Of a DNA stretch of 64,000 nucleotides, positions 1 to 9,862 are shown one piece after another. The number at the start of each line of letters is the position of its first letter. The stretch's first letter is position 1. The position numbers and the translations under genes were made by a program. The notes beneath the pieces were generated by a model. That model did not search any database. It was not told the DNA's origin and worked only from the letters and a program-made list of their open reading frames with translations. The stretch comes from Pseudomonadota bacterium (GTDB lineage Bacteria > Desulfobacterota > Binatia > Binatales > Binataceae), in NCBI GenBank assembly GCA_021324855.1, contig JAJPIG010000009.1:44138-108137 (forward strand). The letters run 5' to 3'.

Positions 1-1
1 C

Positions 2-484
2 GCGACCGGCTTCAATCCGTTCCCATATCTCGGGCGCGAGAACCTGCCGATGTCGATCCTGACGCTCAACCTGCTGAGCTACCTGGCCGGGCTTGGCTCC
101 GACAGTTCCGGCTTTCGCACCGGCCAGACCTGGCAGGTGCCGGCGGGAATCGAGCGCATCGTTACGCCCTCAGGCAATTCAATCAGCGTGACGCCGGGAA
201 CGATCTTCAGCGCGACGACCGCGCAGGGTATCTATCAGCTAATTGGTGCGGGCGGCGAAAAAAACCTGCGCGCGGTGAATCTTGACGATCTCGGGGTTTC
301 CGATCTCGGGCATGCACCGACGCTCCGTTTCGAGTCGGCAGACGCTGCAACGCAGCCCGCGAATATCTCGGTCGATCGCGCTCCGCTCACTGCCGATTTA
401 CTCGCTGCTATTCTGGCGCTGGCAATGTTGGAAGCGATCGTAGTCTATCGGCGCCGGCGCACTATCGCCCCCGCAATACCATGA
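2..484 (+). CDS. C-terminal part of a BatA-N/aerotolerance-type membrane protein (5' end lies upstream of the window)
   Basis: The frame is open from nt 2 (ATGFNPFPYLGRENLP precedes the listed Met at 50). The tail ...AVNLDDLGVSDL... plus a terminal TM helix plus RRRR mirrors the C-terminus of the 623-aa protein at 13247-15118 (...YFDEDESDL... plus TM). ATGA stop/start overlap with the next gene at 481-484. Confidence 0.5.
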   Translation, partial: ATGFNPFPYLGRENLPMSILTLNLLSYLAGLGSDSSGFRTGQTWQVPAGIERIVTPSGNSISVTPGTIFSATTAQGIYQLIGAGGEKNLRAVNLDDLGVSDLGHAPTLRFESADAATQPANISVDRAPLTADLLAAILALAMLEAIVVYRRRRTIAPAIP

Positions 485-3093
485 ACGTACCGCCGCAATT
501 CGTCCCGGAAAGCCTCAAGGCGTACCTGGAGAATCTTCAGTTCGCGCATCCGGCGGCGTTCTACCTGATGCTCGCGGTGGGTGTAGTGCTGCTCTGGTCG
601 CTGCTCAGGGTTCAGTCGCTCGGCCGCATCGGCGGACCCTTTCTGCGCGCGATCGTGCTGGCGTTATTCGTGATCGCGCTGGCCGATCCCGAGACGGTTA
701 CGCATTCGATCGGGAAGACACGGCCGGTAATGGTCGACATGTCGGCCAGCATGACCGATGCGATGCGCGGATGGAGCGCCGGTCTTCTGCGCGATGGTTT
801 CAAGATGGCTCAAAGCGATCCGGCATGGACCTTCGGCGCTGCGCCGGTGCTTCTCACCGCCGGGCAGGTCGTGACCGATCTCGTGAGAGCGACGCCGTGC
901 CCCGGATGCGAGCCCGGCGCGACCAACCTCGAGGCCGCGCTCGATCGGCTTGCCGCCGATCCCGCAGTGCGCAACGGTCGCGTGGCGCTAATCACGGACG
1001 GATGGGAGAATCGCGGCGACGCGACGCGCGCGATTGCCGCGCTTAACGCGGCGCATGTCAAGCTCGACATCTTCACGCCGCCCGGCGCCGGCAAAGTGCC
1101 GGACGTTGCGATGACGCAGTTGAGTCTCCCGCCCGCGATGGCCAAGGCGGCGCCATTCGCACTCGGCGTCACGCTGACCAATCTCGGCGGTTCGCCGGTG
1201 CCCGGCTCAATCTCGCTTTATGAGGACGGCAAGCTTCTGCAGCAGCGCGCCGTCACGCTTGCGCCGGGCCAGGAACGGTTCGATTTCAGTGTCGCGCCGA
1301 GCAAATCGGGCCTCGTGTCATATAGCGCCATTTTCAAGCCGGCGAATCCCGCCCTCGATCGCTATCCGGAAAACGACTCACAGGAGGGTTTTGTCGGCGT
1401 CGGCGCGCGCCACAAGATTCTGATCCTGACCGACAGCGCCCGCGATGCGGAATACCTCCAGACCGTCGTGCGCCGGATGGGTATCGAGCCCGAGGTGGTG
1501 GTGCTCGCCTCGGGCGCTTACACCAACACCAACCTGAAGGATTATCAGGCGATCCTGCTCAACAACGTGCCGCGGGCACGCCTGTCGCCCGCCGTTCAGG
1601 AGGCGCTGGCGCATTATGTCGCCGCCGGCGGATCGCTCGCGATGATCGGCGGCGATCAGAGCTTCGGACTCGGCGGCTACGAGGGCAGCCCGGTCGCCGA
1701 GGTGATGCCGGTAATCATGAAGCCGCCGCAGCATCGGCAACGCCAACGCGCGCTCGTCCTGATTATTGACAAGTCAGGTTCGATGGGCCGCGAGGACAAG
1801 CTCGAGTATGCGAAGGCGGCCGCGCGCACCGTCCTTCGCACGATGAGCGACAATGACCTGATCGCTGTCATCGGATTCGATTCGCAGCCGTTCGTGATCG
1901 TACCGTTGGAACCTCTGGGCCGGGCACGTCCCTATTTCGATCAGATGATCAACCGGCTCATCGCGCAGGGCACCACCTACCTGCTGCCGGCGATCGAGCA
2001 GGCGCAAGCGATGCTTGCTGCGACAACCGCCTCGATCCGCCACGTGGTAATTTTGACCGACGGCGAGACCGGCGGCACCGCCGTGATGTACTACGACCTG
2101 GTTGCGAGCATGCATCACGACGGCGGTATTACGATCTCAACCATTGCGATCGGCAACGAAGCCAACGTCCAGCTTCTACAGGCGATCAGCCGTTACGGCG
2201 GGGGCGCTTTCTACCAGACCGACAGTCCCTCCAGCCTGCCGCGCATCTTCCTAACCGACGTGAAGCAGCACGGCGGCGAAGCGACGATGGTCGAGAAGCA
2301 GTTCGTCCCGCATAGCGTCCGCCCCGATCCGATCCTGAAGGATATCGCCGCGCACCAGTTGCCGCCGATCCTCGGTTTCGTTTCGACTCAGCTCAAACCG
2401 CGCGCCACGATGAGCCTTTATGTCGATCGGCAGGGTAACCAGGAACCGCTCATCGCGAGCTGGCGCTATGGTGCGGGCAAGGCGATGGCGGTGACGACCG
2501 ACGCGAGCGGACGCTGGTCAGGCTCGTGGGTGCGCAACGATTTCTTCATGCCGCTTTGGGATCGTCTGCTCGCCTGGATGACGCCGCCGGTGCCGCCGAC
2601 CGAGACTCAGTTTGCCGCCGCGCTCGGCTACGACAACGGACGGATCAATATCCGGCTGGTCGATTACGACACCTCGCCGGGCCATCATACCCCCGACATG
2701 TTGAGCGCTACGGTGACGCGGCCCGACGGCGGCAAGATGCAGGCACTGCTTACACAAAACATCCCGGGCGAGCTCGCCGGCAGTATCGAAGCGGCGCGTC
2801 CGGGAACTTATCGTATCGAGCTGCGATCGCTGGGCGCGAAATCGCAGGCGCTGCCGCCGCTCGCCTACGCCGTGAGCCCCGCAGTGAATGCCGAATTGCC
2901 GCGCCCCGAGCCTAACTACAGTCTGCTCGAGACACTGGCGACCGCAACCGGCGGCCATCTGAATCCATCGCCCGGCGACGTCGGGATGAGCCGCCCGACG
3001 TTCGAGCATCGCGTCTCCCTCAGTTCGTACTTCATCGTCGCCGCGATGCTTCTGCTGATCGTCGAGGCGCTGGTGCGCCGGCTCACGTACTGA
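481..3093 (+). CDS. Large membrane-anchored protein with two VWA domains (BatB-like), paralog of 10678-13254
   Basis: N-terminal TM helices. Two MIDAS DxSxS motifs (VDMSAS near the N-terminus, IDKSGS mid-protein). C-terminal TM helix (YFIVAAMLLLIVEALV). Same architecture, and the block ...VIGFDSQPFVIVPLEPLG..., shared with the 858-aa protein (...VIAFDSQPYVLAHLKPLG...). Confidence 0.8.
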   Translation: MNVPPQFVPESLKAYLENLQFAHPAAFYLMLAVGVVLLWSLLRVQSLGRIGGPFLRAIVLALFVIALADPETVTHSIGKTRPVMVDMSASMTDAMRGWSAGLLRDGFKMAQSDPAWTFGAAPVLLTAGQVVTDLVRATPCPGCEPGATNLEAALDRLAADPAVRNGRVALITDGWENRGDATRAIAALNAAHVKLDIFTPPGAGKVPDVAMTQLSLPPAMAKAAPFALGVTLTNLGGSPVPGSISLYEDGKLLQQRAVTLAPGQERFDFSVAPSKSGLVSYSAIFKPANPALDRYPENDSQEGFVGVGARHKILILTDSARDAEYLQTVVRRMGIEPEVVVLASGAYTNTNLKDYQAILLNNVPRARLSPAVQEALAHYVAAGGSLAMIGGDQSFGLGGYEGSPVAEVMPVIMKPPQHRQRQRALVLIIDKSGSMGREDKLEYAKAAARTVLRTMSDNDLIAVIGFDSQPFVIVPLEPLGRARPYFDQMINRLIAQGTTYLLPAIEQAQAMLAATTASIRHVVILTDGETGGTAVMYYDLVASMHHDGGITISTIAIGNEANVQLLQAISRYGGGAFYQTDSPSSLPRIFLTDVKQHGGEATMVEKQFVPHSVRPDPILKDIAAHQLPPILGFVSTQLKPRATMSLYVDRQGNQEPLIASWRYGAGKAMAVTTDASGRWSGSWVRNDFFMPLWDRLLAWMTPPVPPTETQFAAALGYDNGRINIRLVDYDTSPGHHTPDMLSATVTRPDGGKMQALLTQNIPGELAGSIEAARPGTYRIELRSLGAKSQALPPLAYAVSPAVNAELPRPEPNYSLLETLATATGGHLNPSPGDVGMSRPTFEHRVSLSSYFIVAAMLLLIVEALVRRLTY

Positions 3094-3095
3094 AG

Positions 3096-4748
3096 CTACA
3101 AGGGTCGCACGAGTTGGCGTTCGAACTCGCGCCGCATCGTGTTGATCGTGTCAGCCTCCGCGACGCTCTTGTCATCGCGAATCGCCACGATACGCGCGAA
3201 GCGCAGCGCCATCCCGCATTCGTATTGCGGGCTCCGCTGGATGTCGCTGTAAGCGACCTCGACGACCAGTTCCGGCCGAACCGCGACGATCCCCGCGGTC
3301 TCGCCGGTCTTGAGCGCGAGCAGACGCCCGGTGATATCGCGGAACTGTTCGTCGGTCAGGCCCTTAAATGTCTTGCCGACCTCGGCCAACCTGCCGTTCT
3401 GTTCGTCGCGCGCCGCAAGATGATAATTCGAGAGCCACCCGTGCCGTCGTCCATAGCCCCACTCGGCGGCGACGATCACGAGATCGAGCGTCTTCGCCCG
3501 TTTGATCTTGAGCCATCCTCGTCCACGCACGCCCGGGGTGTAATGGCTTGCGAGCGCCTTCGCCATCACGCCTTCATAACCGGCCGCGAGCGCCGCCTCG
3601 AAGAAGCGCTCGCCCTCGGCAAGCGAGCCCGGCACAATCCGACCGACCAGCTCAAGCCCGGCATCGCGGGTGGTATCGCTCAACCGTTCGAAGCGCTCGC
3701 TGTAGGCGCGATCGATCAGTAGCGCGCCGTCGAGCGCGAGCAGATCGAAGAGATAGAGCCGCACCGGCTGCTCGTTCTGCAGCCGTTCGATTTCGCGAAT
3801 CCGCCGAAAGCGGCGCATCAGCTCCTGGAACGCCAGCGGATGTCCATCGGCATCGGTCGCGATCACTTCGCCATCGAGGATCGCGCCGCGCTCGAGCAGC
3901 GGAGCCACAGCAGCGCCCACTTCGGGCAGGCTGGGCGTGATCTCGTTGAGACGACGCGAAAAAATCCGGGCGCCATCGCGCAGGCAATGAATCTGCACGC
4001 GCGCGCCGTCTAGCTTGTGCTCCAGGGCGAGTTCGGGACCGATTGCGGCGAATGCTTCCGCGATGTTGGCGACCGGATGTGCGAGCATCGGCTTCATCGG
4101 CCGCACGGTCGCGGTCGGTCCCGATGCCGTCGGCGGCGCCCCACGCAGCATCCCAACCACCCGGCCGAGATCGCCTTCGAGCATGTGGAGGCGGCGGATT
4201 TCGGCGACGGGCTTGGACGCCATCCTGGCGATCGCCTCGAGCAGCATCCCTTCGCTCACCCCATGGCGCATCTCCCGGATCAGAATCTTGGCGATGTATT
4301 TGGCTTCGACCGAAGTCGCGAGTTGGAGCAACTCGCGCAATGCTTCGAGCTTGCGGGCGCGCGATTTTGGTCCCTCGATTGCCGCGATCGCGTTCAGCCG
4401 CCGCTCGACTTCGGCGATCGTGAGCGTCGGCGCCGGCTCGCTCGCCCGCAGGCGCATCGCGATTTCGATCGCCTCGCCGAAATCGGTCGCTGCCGCGAAG
4501 ATCTCCTCGCCCTGGTCGGCCGCGCCGGTCATCTCGGCGACGATTTTCCAGATCGCGCGGCCGCTGATGTTGAGCCGGCTCTCATCACCCTGCGCAATCG
4601 CACGCCCAACCGTGAAGCGCGCGGCGATGATCGCTTCAACGGGGTCGAGGCTCGCCAGCAAGTCGGCGACCAGTTCGGCCATCTGGAGCCGGCTCTGGGT
4701 CTGGCTGAGCGCCTGGCACATTTCGGCGAACGCGAGGAACGAAGCCAC
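3096..4748 (-). CDS. lig: ATP-dependent DNA ligase (Lig1/archaeal-type, with N-terminal DNA-binding domain)
   Basis: Adenylation motif I EHKLDGARVQIH, then the DGEVIA, EGVMAK and WLKIK motifs in canonical order. The 550-aa length fits three-domain ATP ligases. Confidence 0.9.
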   Translation of the reverse strand: MASFLAFAEMCQALSQTQSRLQMAELVADLLASLDPVEAIIAARFTVGRAIAQGDESRLNISGRAIWKIVAEMTGAADQGEEIFAAATDFGEAIEIAMRLRASEPAPTLTIAEVERRLNAIAAIEGPKSRARKLEALRELLQLATSVEAKYIAKILIREMRHGVSEGMLLEAIARMASKPVAEIRRLHMLEGDLGRVVGMLRGAPPTASGPTATVRPMKPMLAHPVANIAEAFAAIGPELALEHKLDGARVQIHCLRDGARIFSRRLNEITPSLPEVGAAVAPLLERGAILDGEVIATDADGHPLAFQELMRRFRRIREIERLQNEQPVRLYLFDLLALDGALLIDRAYSERFERLSDTTRDAGLELVGRIVPGSLAEGERFFEAALAAGYEGVMAKALASHYTPGVRGRGWLKIKRAKTLDLVIVAAEWGYGRRHGWLSNYHLAARDEQNGRLAEVGKTFKGLTDEQFRDITGRLLALKTGETAGIVAVRPELVVEVAYSDIQRSPQYECGMALRFARIVAIRDDKSVAEADTINTMRREFERQLVRPL

Positions 4749-4791
4749 GATGAAAGATATAACGCGGCTCCGTGCAGCGCGCGCAATAGCG

Positions 4792-6099
4792 CTAGGCCGC
4801 GCCGAGGCCGCGCGCTGGAGGCGCGACGGAGGCCGCGGAGCGCGCCGGCTTGCTCCAGTACATCAGCAGCTCTGCGCGCGCGATGTATTCATCCTGCTCG
4901 TGCACGAAACCGTGGCGGACGAGGATTCCGCCCAGGCTCTCCCGTGTGTAGTGCATCAGATGAACATCCTGGTAGCCGCTCGGCGCGAGAGCGCGGTAAA
5001 GCGCCTCGATCGCGCGCCACTCGACGCGGGCGTAGTCCGGCGTGCCGATTACCAGCCGTCCGCCCGGCATCAGCACGCGGTTGATCTCCTCGAACAGAAC
5101 CTCGTTGAAAACGACGTGCTCGATCACTTCCGAGCAGACCACGCAATCGAAAGATTGGTCGCGAAACGGCAACGCGAACGCCGATGCCTGAAGCACCGGA
5201 ATCGCATACCGGCGCATGTAGCGCATCTTCTCGAAGCTCAGGTCCATCCCAATCGCGTAGTTGAGGCTCTGCGTGTCGATGCTGGAGCCGCATCCGATGT
5301 CGAGCACGCGATGCGCACCCCGCGCCCATCGCGTGATGATGCGATGGCGGCGGCGATGCCAGTAGCGCTGAATCGGAATGATGCTGTAGAAAGCGCGTTC
5401 CTCGTAGTCGGCGGCGGTTAGCGAGTTGCGTACTTTCCAAAGGTTGACGGCCGACCGCGCGAGGTCCATCCCGAAGCGGATCAGGCGCGCGTGCGAACGT
5501 CCGGCGCCGCGCGGAAAATAAGTGAAGGGCACTTCGATGACGCTGAAGCCGCGGTTATAAGCGATGACCAGAATCTCCTCGAGCGCTTCGAAGTTGCGCC
5601 CCTGGAGCTGGAGATTCTCGAGCGCGGCCCGGCGATACAGCCGGAAACCGCTCGACAGATCGCGCACTGGCATCGAGAGCACGCGCCGCAGCACGCGATT
5701 GAGAAAGCGACTCGAAAGGTTGCGCACGGGCGAAGTGTAGGTTACGCCGCCACGCACATAGCGCGACGCGATCACGATGTCGCTGCGCTCGCGCAGCCGC
5801 CACATCTTGGCGACGAAATCCGGGTCGTGCGACATGTCGGCATCGAGCGTCAGGACGTAGGCGCCGCGGGCCTCATCAAAGCCGGTCTCGAGCGCGCCGG
5901 CGTAGCCCCGGCGGCGCTCGCGCACGACTCGCGCCCCGAGCGCGGCGGCCGCCGCCTGTGTGCCGTCAGTCGAGCCGCCGTCGACGACGATAATCTCATG
6001 GCTCAGATGCAGCCGTCCGGCGAGGGCGTTGAGCTGCGGGATCAGCTCGCGCAGGTTCTCGCACTCATTGACGACCGGCAGGACAACCGAGAGGTCCAT
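4792..6099 (-). CDS. Glycosyltransferase family 2 (DPM1-like) fused to a class I SAM-dependent methyltransferase
   Basis: N-terminal half: VVLPVVNECENL, VVDGGSTDGT, LDADMSHDP (GT2 DxD region). C-terminal half: VLDIGCGSS (motif I) and FDCVVCSEVIEHV. Confidence 0.8.
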   Translation of the reverse strand: MDLSVVLPVVNECENLRELIPQLNALAGRLHLSHEIIVVDGGSTDGTQAAAAALGARVVRERRRGYAGALETGFDEARGAYVLTLDADMSHDPDFVAKMWRLRERSDIVIASRYVRGGVTYTSPVRNLSSRFLNRVLRRVLSMPVRDLSSGFRLYRRAALENLQLQGRNFEALEEILVIAYNRGFSVIEVPFTYFPRGAGRSHARLIRFGMDLARSAVNLWKVRNSLTAADYEERAFYSIIPIQRYWHRRRHRIITRWARGAHRVLDIGCGSSIDTQSLNYAIGMDLSFEKMRYMRRYAIPVLQASAFALPFRDQSFDCVVCSEVIEHVVFNEVLFEEINRVLMPGGRLVIGTPDYARVEWRAIEALYRALAPSGYQDVHLMHYTRESLGGILVRHGFVHEQDEYIARAELLMYWSKPARSAASVAPPARGLGAA

Positions 6100-6254
6100 C
6101 GCGTTTTTTTATTTGTAAAACCGTAATGAGGCAAATTTTCGATTCCCGCCGAGCCGATGACCGTGCGCTCGGGCGCGCGCGGCGTCGCTTGCCGACGCGA
6201 ACGGCGCGCCGTAGCTTTAAAGACCGCAGTATTTTTTTGCGAGGTGGGGCGGAC

Positions 6255-7499
6255 ATGTCCAAGCGCGGTTGGTTCACCGTATTCATCTTGATGCTCTCGA
6301 TCGTAAGCGCGGGGACGCCCGAGCTGGGAGCCCGGGTTGCATCCCGCGCACGTCAGCGGCATCACGCTTCCGCGGCGGAACTTCCGGAAATCCCGCTCAA
6401 TCAGATTCATGTACTTGGCGATCGTCCGGTGCCGTTCGCGCTCGAGGCGAAGGCTGCGATGCTCATAGACGCGCGCTCCGGCGCCGTGCTCTACGCTTAC
6501 AACGAACACGAGAAGATGCAGCCGGCGAGCCTCGCAAAAATCATGACCTTCTATATCACCCTCGAGGCGCTTCGCGACGGACGTATGAAGACCGACACGT
6601 TGATCACGATCAGCGAACGCGCGTGGCGATTGTCGGTCGATCAGAGCGTCTCGCACATGTTCCTTGATGTCGGCCAGCAGGTCTCGGTAAACGATTTGCT
6701 GTACGGCCTGATGGTCTCGTCGGGCAATGATGCCGCCGTTGCGCTGGCCGAGTACCAGGCCGGAAGCACCGAGGCGTTCACGACGATGATGAATCAAACG
6801 GCGCAGAAGCTCGGCCTGAGCGAGACGCACTTTGCCAATCCGGACGGACTGCCGGTCGAAGGCGAGTACACGACGGCGGCGGACATGGTGAAGCTTGCGC
6901 GCATCGTAATCGAACAGTTTCCCGATGCGATCAAATACACCGGAACCAAGGAATTCACGTTCCACAACATTCATCAGCGGAATTTTAACACGCTGCTCTT
7001 CTATGACTCGCGGGTCGACGGCCTGAAGACCGGGCACGTCAATGAAGCAGGATTTCATCTGGTCGCCACCGCGCATGCGAACGGTACCGAACTGATCTCC
7101 GCGGTGATGGGCACGCCGAGCATGGAGAAGCGCCGCACGGAAACCGAGAAGCTGCTGAACTGGGCATTTAATACGTTCATCACGGTCCAACCCGATTGGC
7201 GCAAGGCTGCGCCGCCGACCCTGCCCGTCTATGAAGGCGTCGCGCGCGAGGTCGCGATCGGGCCGCAAAACGAGCCTTACATCACGGTCGGACGCGGCGA
7301 GGAGAACAAGGTGACGCTCGCCGCATCGCTCAAGAGTCGCTATCTGGTGGCGCCGATCGTGAAAGGCACGCCGGTCGGAGAGTTGCAGGTGATCGCGAAC
7401 GGCAAACCTGAGGGGTCAATCCCGCTAATGACCAAGGCGTCGGTGCCGCAGGCCGGATTGTTAAGCCGCCTTCTCGATCGCGTGCGGATGGCGCTCTAG
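6255..7499 (+). CDS. D-alanyl-D-alanine carboxypeptidase (serine peptidase S11, PBP5/6-like)
   Basis: SxxK (SLAKIMT), SxN (SGND) and KTG (KTGH) motifs. Start trimmed to the ATG at 6255 (MSKRGWFTVFILMLSIVSA, signal-like), preceded by GAGGTGGGG. The listed start at 6126 adds an Arg-rich leader. Confidence 0.85.
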   Translation: MSKRGWFTVFILMLSIVSAGTPELGARVASRARQRHHASAAELPEIPLNQIHVLGDRPVPFALEAKAAMLIDARSGAVLYAYNEHEKMQPASLAKIMTFYITLEALRDGRMKTDTLITISERAWRLSVDQSVSHMFLDVGQQVSVNDLLYGLMVSSGNDAAVALAEYQAGSTEAFTTMMNQTAQKLGLSETHFANPDGLPVEGEYTTAADMVKLARIVIEQFPDAIKYTGTKEFTFHNIHQRNFNTLLFYDSRVDGLKTGHVNEAGFHLVATAHANGTELISAVMGTPSMEKRRTETEKLLNWAFNTFITVQPDWRKAAPPTLPVYEGVAREVAIGPQNEPYITVGRGEENKVTLAASLKSRYLVAPIVKGTPVGELQVIANGKPEGSIPLMTKASVPQAGLLSRLLDRVRMAL

Positions 7500-7555
7500 G
7501 CGCGTTCCTGGGCGATAAACTGTGTTGTAGCTCCGTCGCGCCGGATGTCCTTGTC

Positions 7556-7795
7556 TTACTTTTCGATCCGCAACCGCCAGGCCGAGCCGTCAGGGCGAGG
7601 CTCTCCGACCGCGTAGCCTTCGGCTTCGGCGGCGCGCGGAATGTCGCGCAGTCCGCGTGGATCATCGAGAATCAGCTCGAGCGACGAACCGCGCTGCATC
7701 TGTTCCAGACGCACCTTGGCATGAGCCCAGTTGAGCGGGCATTTGATTCCGCGCAAGTCGAGGACGGCAAGGCGATTGGCGAATTCTGAAGCCAT
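7556..7795 (-). CDS. TusA/SirA-family sulfur-carrier-like protein
   Basis: 79 aa. LDLRGIKCPLN carries the conserved Cys-Pro of TusA-like proteins. The overall pattern ...LELILDDPRGLRDIPR... is typical of the family. Confidence 0.7.
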   Translation of the reverse strand: MASEFANRLAVLDLRGIKCPLNWAHAKVRLEQMQRGSSLELILDDPRGLRDIPRAAEAEGYAVGEPRPDGSAWRLRIEK

Positions 7796-7942
7796 CGGAA
7801 CAGATTCATCGTATCAAACCATGTGACTGGGCGCGCATAGGAGTGGGTTGAGTCGATGTTAATAGTCGACGCGCGTTACGTTTGCGATTGTCAGCCAAGC
7901 GCGTCATAGTGGGCGGCGCTCGGCACGGGGGGCTATTTTTCT

Positions 7943-8338
7943 ATGGCATTAAGCAGTGACGACGGCGGGTTCGAGTCGCGCATCGGCAAGGGCGCCCGGA
8001 TCGCGGGGACGCTCAACTTTCGCGCTCCGGTAAAGATAGAGGGCGAGGCGGAGGGCGACATCACGGGCGACGAAATCGTGATCGCCGAAGGCGCCGTGGT
8101 GACCGCCAAGATCACCGCGACACGCCTGATCGTAGCCGGGCGACTCAGCGGCGAGGCGACGGTGCGGGAGAAGATAGAGCTAACCGCCTCGGCGCGCGTC
8201 CAATGCCGACTCACTACGCCGAGCCTGGTGCTGCGCGAAGGCGCGCAGTTCGAGGGCGACTGCAAGATGCCGCCGGCGGGCAAACCCGCGCAGGCCAGCG
8301 TCTCGGTCGCGGCGCAGCAGCCGGCACTCTCACCCTGA
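7943..8338 (+). CDS. Bactofilin (polymer-forming cytoskeletal protein, DUF583)
   Basis: Repetitive beta-helix pattern (IAGTLNFRAPVKIEGEAEGDITGDEIVIAEGAVVTAKITATRLIVAGRLSGEATV...LVLREGAQFEGDCKM) characteristic of CcmA/BacA proteins. Confidence 0.8.
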   Translation: MALSSDDGGFESRIGKGARIAGTLNFRAPVKIEGEAEGDITGDEIVIAEGAVVTAKITATRLIVAGRLSGEATVREKIELTASARVQCRLTTPSLVLREGAQFEGDCKMPPAGKPAQASVSVAAQQPALSP

Positions 8339-8998
8339 CGAAATTGCGAGATCGTCCGCCGGCGCTTTCAGCAGCACGGCTTCAGAACCGCGATTGTCGC
8401 GGATTCGCACGATCACGCCGCGCTCGTCGATTTCAATCGTCTCGGCATCGCCCATCCGCGGCTCGTAGCTCCATCGCAATCCGCCGGTGTCGAGCTGACG
8501 ATAGGTCTGCTTGTGCGATGCGGCCGCGAGCGTACTCGGATTGAGGCTCGCGATGCGCCCGGTGAAGCGCGCCTGCCCGCGCGCGCGAGCGTGGGCGATA
8601 ATCAGCGCTTTGAACAGGACCAGGTCGGCGTCGATTTCGCGGAAGCGTCCGAGCTTTACCACCAGGTCGCTGCGTCCGCCGAGCGCGCTCAGGCTGCCGC
8701 GCAGAAACTCATCGCGGGTTTGGTAGCTGGCGCTGCGCGAGAAAGGCCCCCGGCTGTAGCGCAGGACGGCGCTCTTGACGCGCGCCGCTTCATCGAGCTC
8801 GGCATCGACCTCGTAGCGATCGCCGCCTTCGCTCATCCGTCTGATGCCACGCAGGCGGGTGGCCGAGAGCACCGCCTCTTCGGTCGCGACCGGCCGGCCG
8901 TCGCGCCTGAGCTCGTAGCGATAGTCACCCGGCGGGAGCGTCCCCGCGATGAACAAGTCGGGCGAGCTTTGCGGCGAGTTCGGGGGCTCGGAGCTCAT
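8330..8998 (-). CDS. Hypothetical protein (no family recognised)
   Basis: ORF with ordinary amino-acid composition directly downstream of the DUF72 gene on the same strand. The start is uncertain: the ATG at 8998 overlaps the DUF72 3' end by 74 nt, and a TTG at 8956 is an alternative. Confidence 0.4.
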   Translation of the reverse strand: MSSEPPNSPQSSPDLFIAGTLPPGDYRYELRRDGRPVATEEAVLSATRLRGIRRMSEGGDRYEVDAELDEAARVKSAVLRYSRGPFSRSASYQTRDEFLRGSLSALGGRSDLVVKLGRFREIDADLVLFKALIIAHARARGQARFTGRIASLNPSTLAAASHKQTYRQLDTGGLRWSYEPRMGDAETIEIDERGVIVRIRDNRGSEAVLLKAPADDLAISSG

Positions 8999-9653
8999 GC
9001 TTGAAATATACGTAAACCTCGCTCCCATCACTGGCAAGCTCGGCGAGCCGCGAAGCCCACGTCTCGAGCGCGTCGGCGTCATAGGATGTCCTGCGTAATC
9101 TTACGTAAACAAACGGCGCGGTCTTCTCGATCGGGGTGACGAGCTTTTCACTCTCGGCGATACATAGCGCGGCGCCGAAATCGCTCAGTGTCTGCAATGC
9201 CGCGTCGGAGAACCAGGATCGATTGCGGAACTCAAAGGCCGCCCGCAAACGCCCATCGAGACCGGCCAGGAAATCCTTAAGACATTCAATGTCGGTCTTG
9301 AAATCGGGAGGCAATTGAAAGAGCACCGGGCCCAGTCTGCGGCCAAGACATCCAGCTACTGCGACAAATCGATCGATGGCCTGGCCGGCGTCAACCAGCC
9401 GCGCGCGATGCGTGATGCGTTCGGGCGCTTTGAGGGCAAATCGAAAGCTCTCAGGGGTAACAGCCGCCCAGCGCTCGAACATCGCCGGTTTCGGCATCGC
9501 GCGGAACGTATAGTTGATTTCGACCGTCGGCATCCGGGCGGCGTAGTAGGCCAACATCCGGTTGCCCGGGGTCCCCGAAGGGTAAAAAGCCCCCAGCCAT
9601 TCCCGATAGCTGAAACCTGAGGTGCCAATTCGAAAATCCCCCCGCGTAGGCAT
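8925..9653 (-). CDS. DUF72 (YecE/UPF0759) family protein
   Basis: N-terminus FRIGTSGFSYREWLGAFYP and the later LGPVLFQLPP block are the DUF72 signatures as I know them. Confidence 0.8.
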   Translation of the reverse strand: MPTRGDFRIGTSGFSYREWLGAFYPSGTPGNRMLAYYAARMPTVEINYTFRAMPKPAMFERWAAVTPESFRFALKAPERITHRARLVDAGQAIDRFVAVAGCLGRRLGPVLFQLPPDFKTDIECLKDFLAGLDGRLRAAFEFRNRSWFSDAALQTLSDFGAALCIAESEKLVTPIEKTAPFVYVRLRRTSYDADALETWASRLAELASDGSEVYVYFKHELRAPELAAKLARLVHRGDAPAG

Positions 9654-9862
9654 ATTGTGATATGCTTAGAAGTGATATATGTATTAATCTGTAACCTAGA
9701 AAACCAAAAAGCTGGAATTCGGCTTCTTATTTATGTATCGTCAATGACAGCCAAAATGTTCTGCTCTGTGTTTTAACTTGATGTATTGACTCTAATTGGA
9801 AAATGAAACAACACTGGTCACTACGTGCGGTGCACACCAGTTACAAGAAGGTTTAGGTACAG
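9654..9862. promoter_or_regulatory. AT-rich divergent intergenic region (DUF72 gene to the left, small HTH gene to the right)
   Basis: A 209-nt stretch that is conspicuously AT-rich against the GC-rich background. It contains short direct repeats (GTGATAT x2, TGTATT x2) and TTGACT/TTGATG -35-like hexamers. I could not define a convincing -10/-35 pair. Confidence 0.4.

Noticed and set aside
6042-7268. Long ORFs antisense to, or out of frame with, recognisable genes. Examples: 6042-7268(-), 4015-5421(+), 14030-15124(+), 15959-17188(+), 17146-18339(+), 21384-22820(-), 23768-24889(-), 39899-40987(-), 50494-51639(-), 54405-55523(-), 56721-57728(-), 58966-60093(-), 61645-62565(+).
   Set aside because: They are Arg/Ala/Gly/Pro/His-rich translations with no recognisable motifs, and each is fully covered by a gene with clear family signatures on the other strand or frame. 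This is the expected artefact of stop-codon-poor high-GC DNA.
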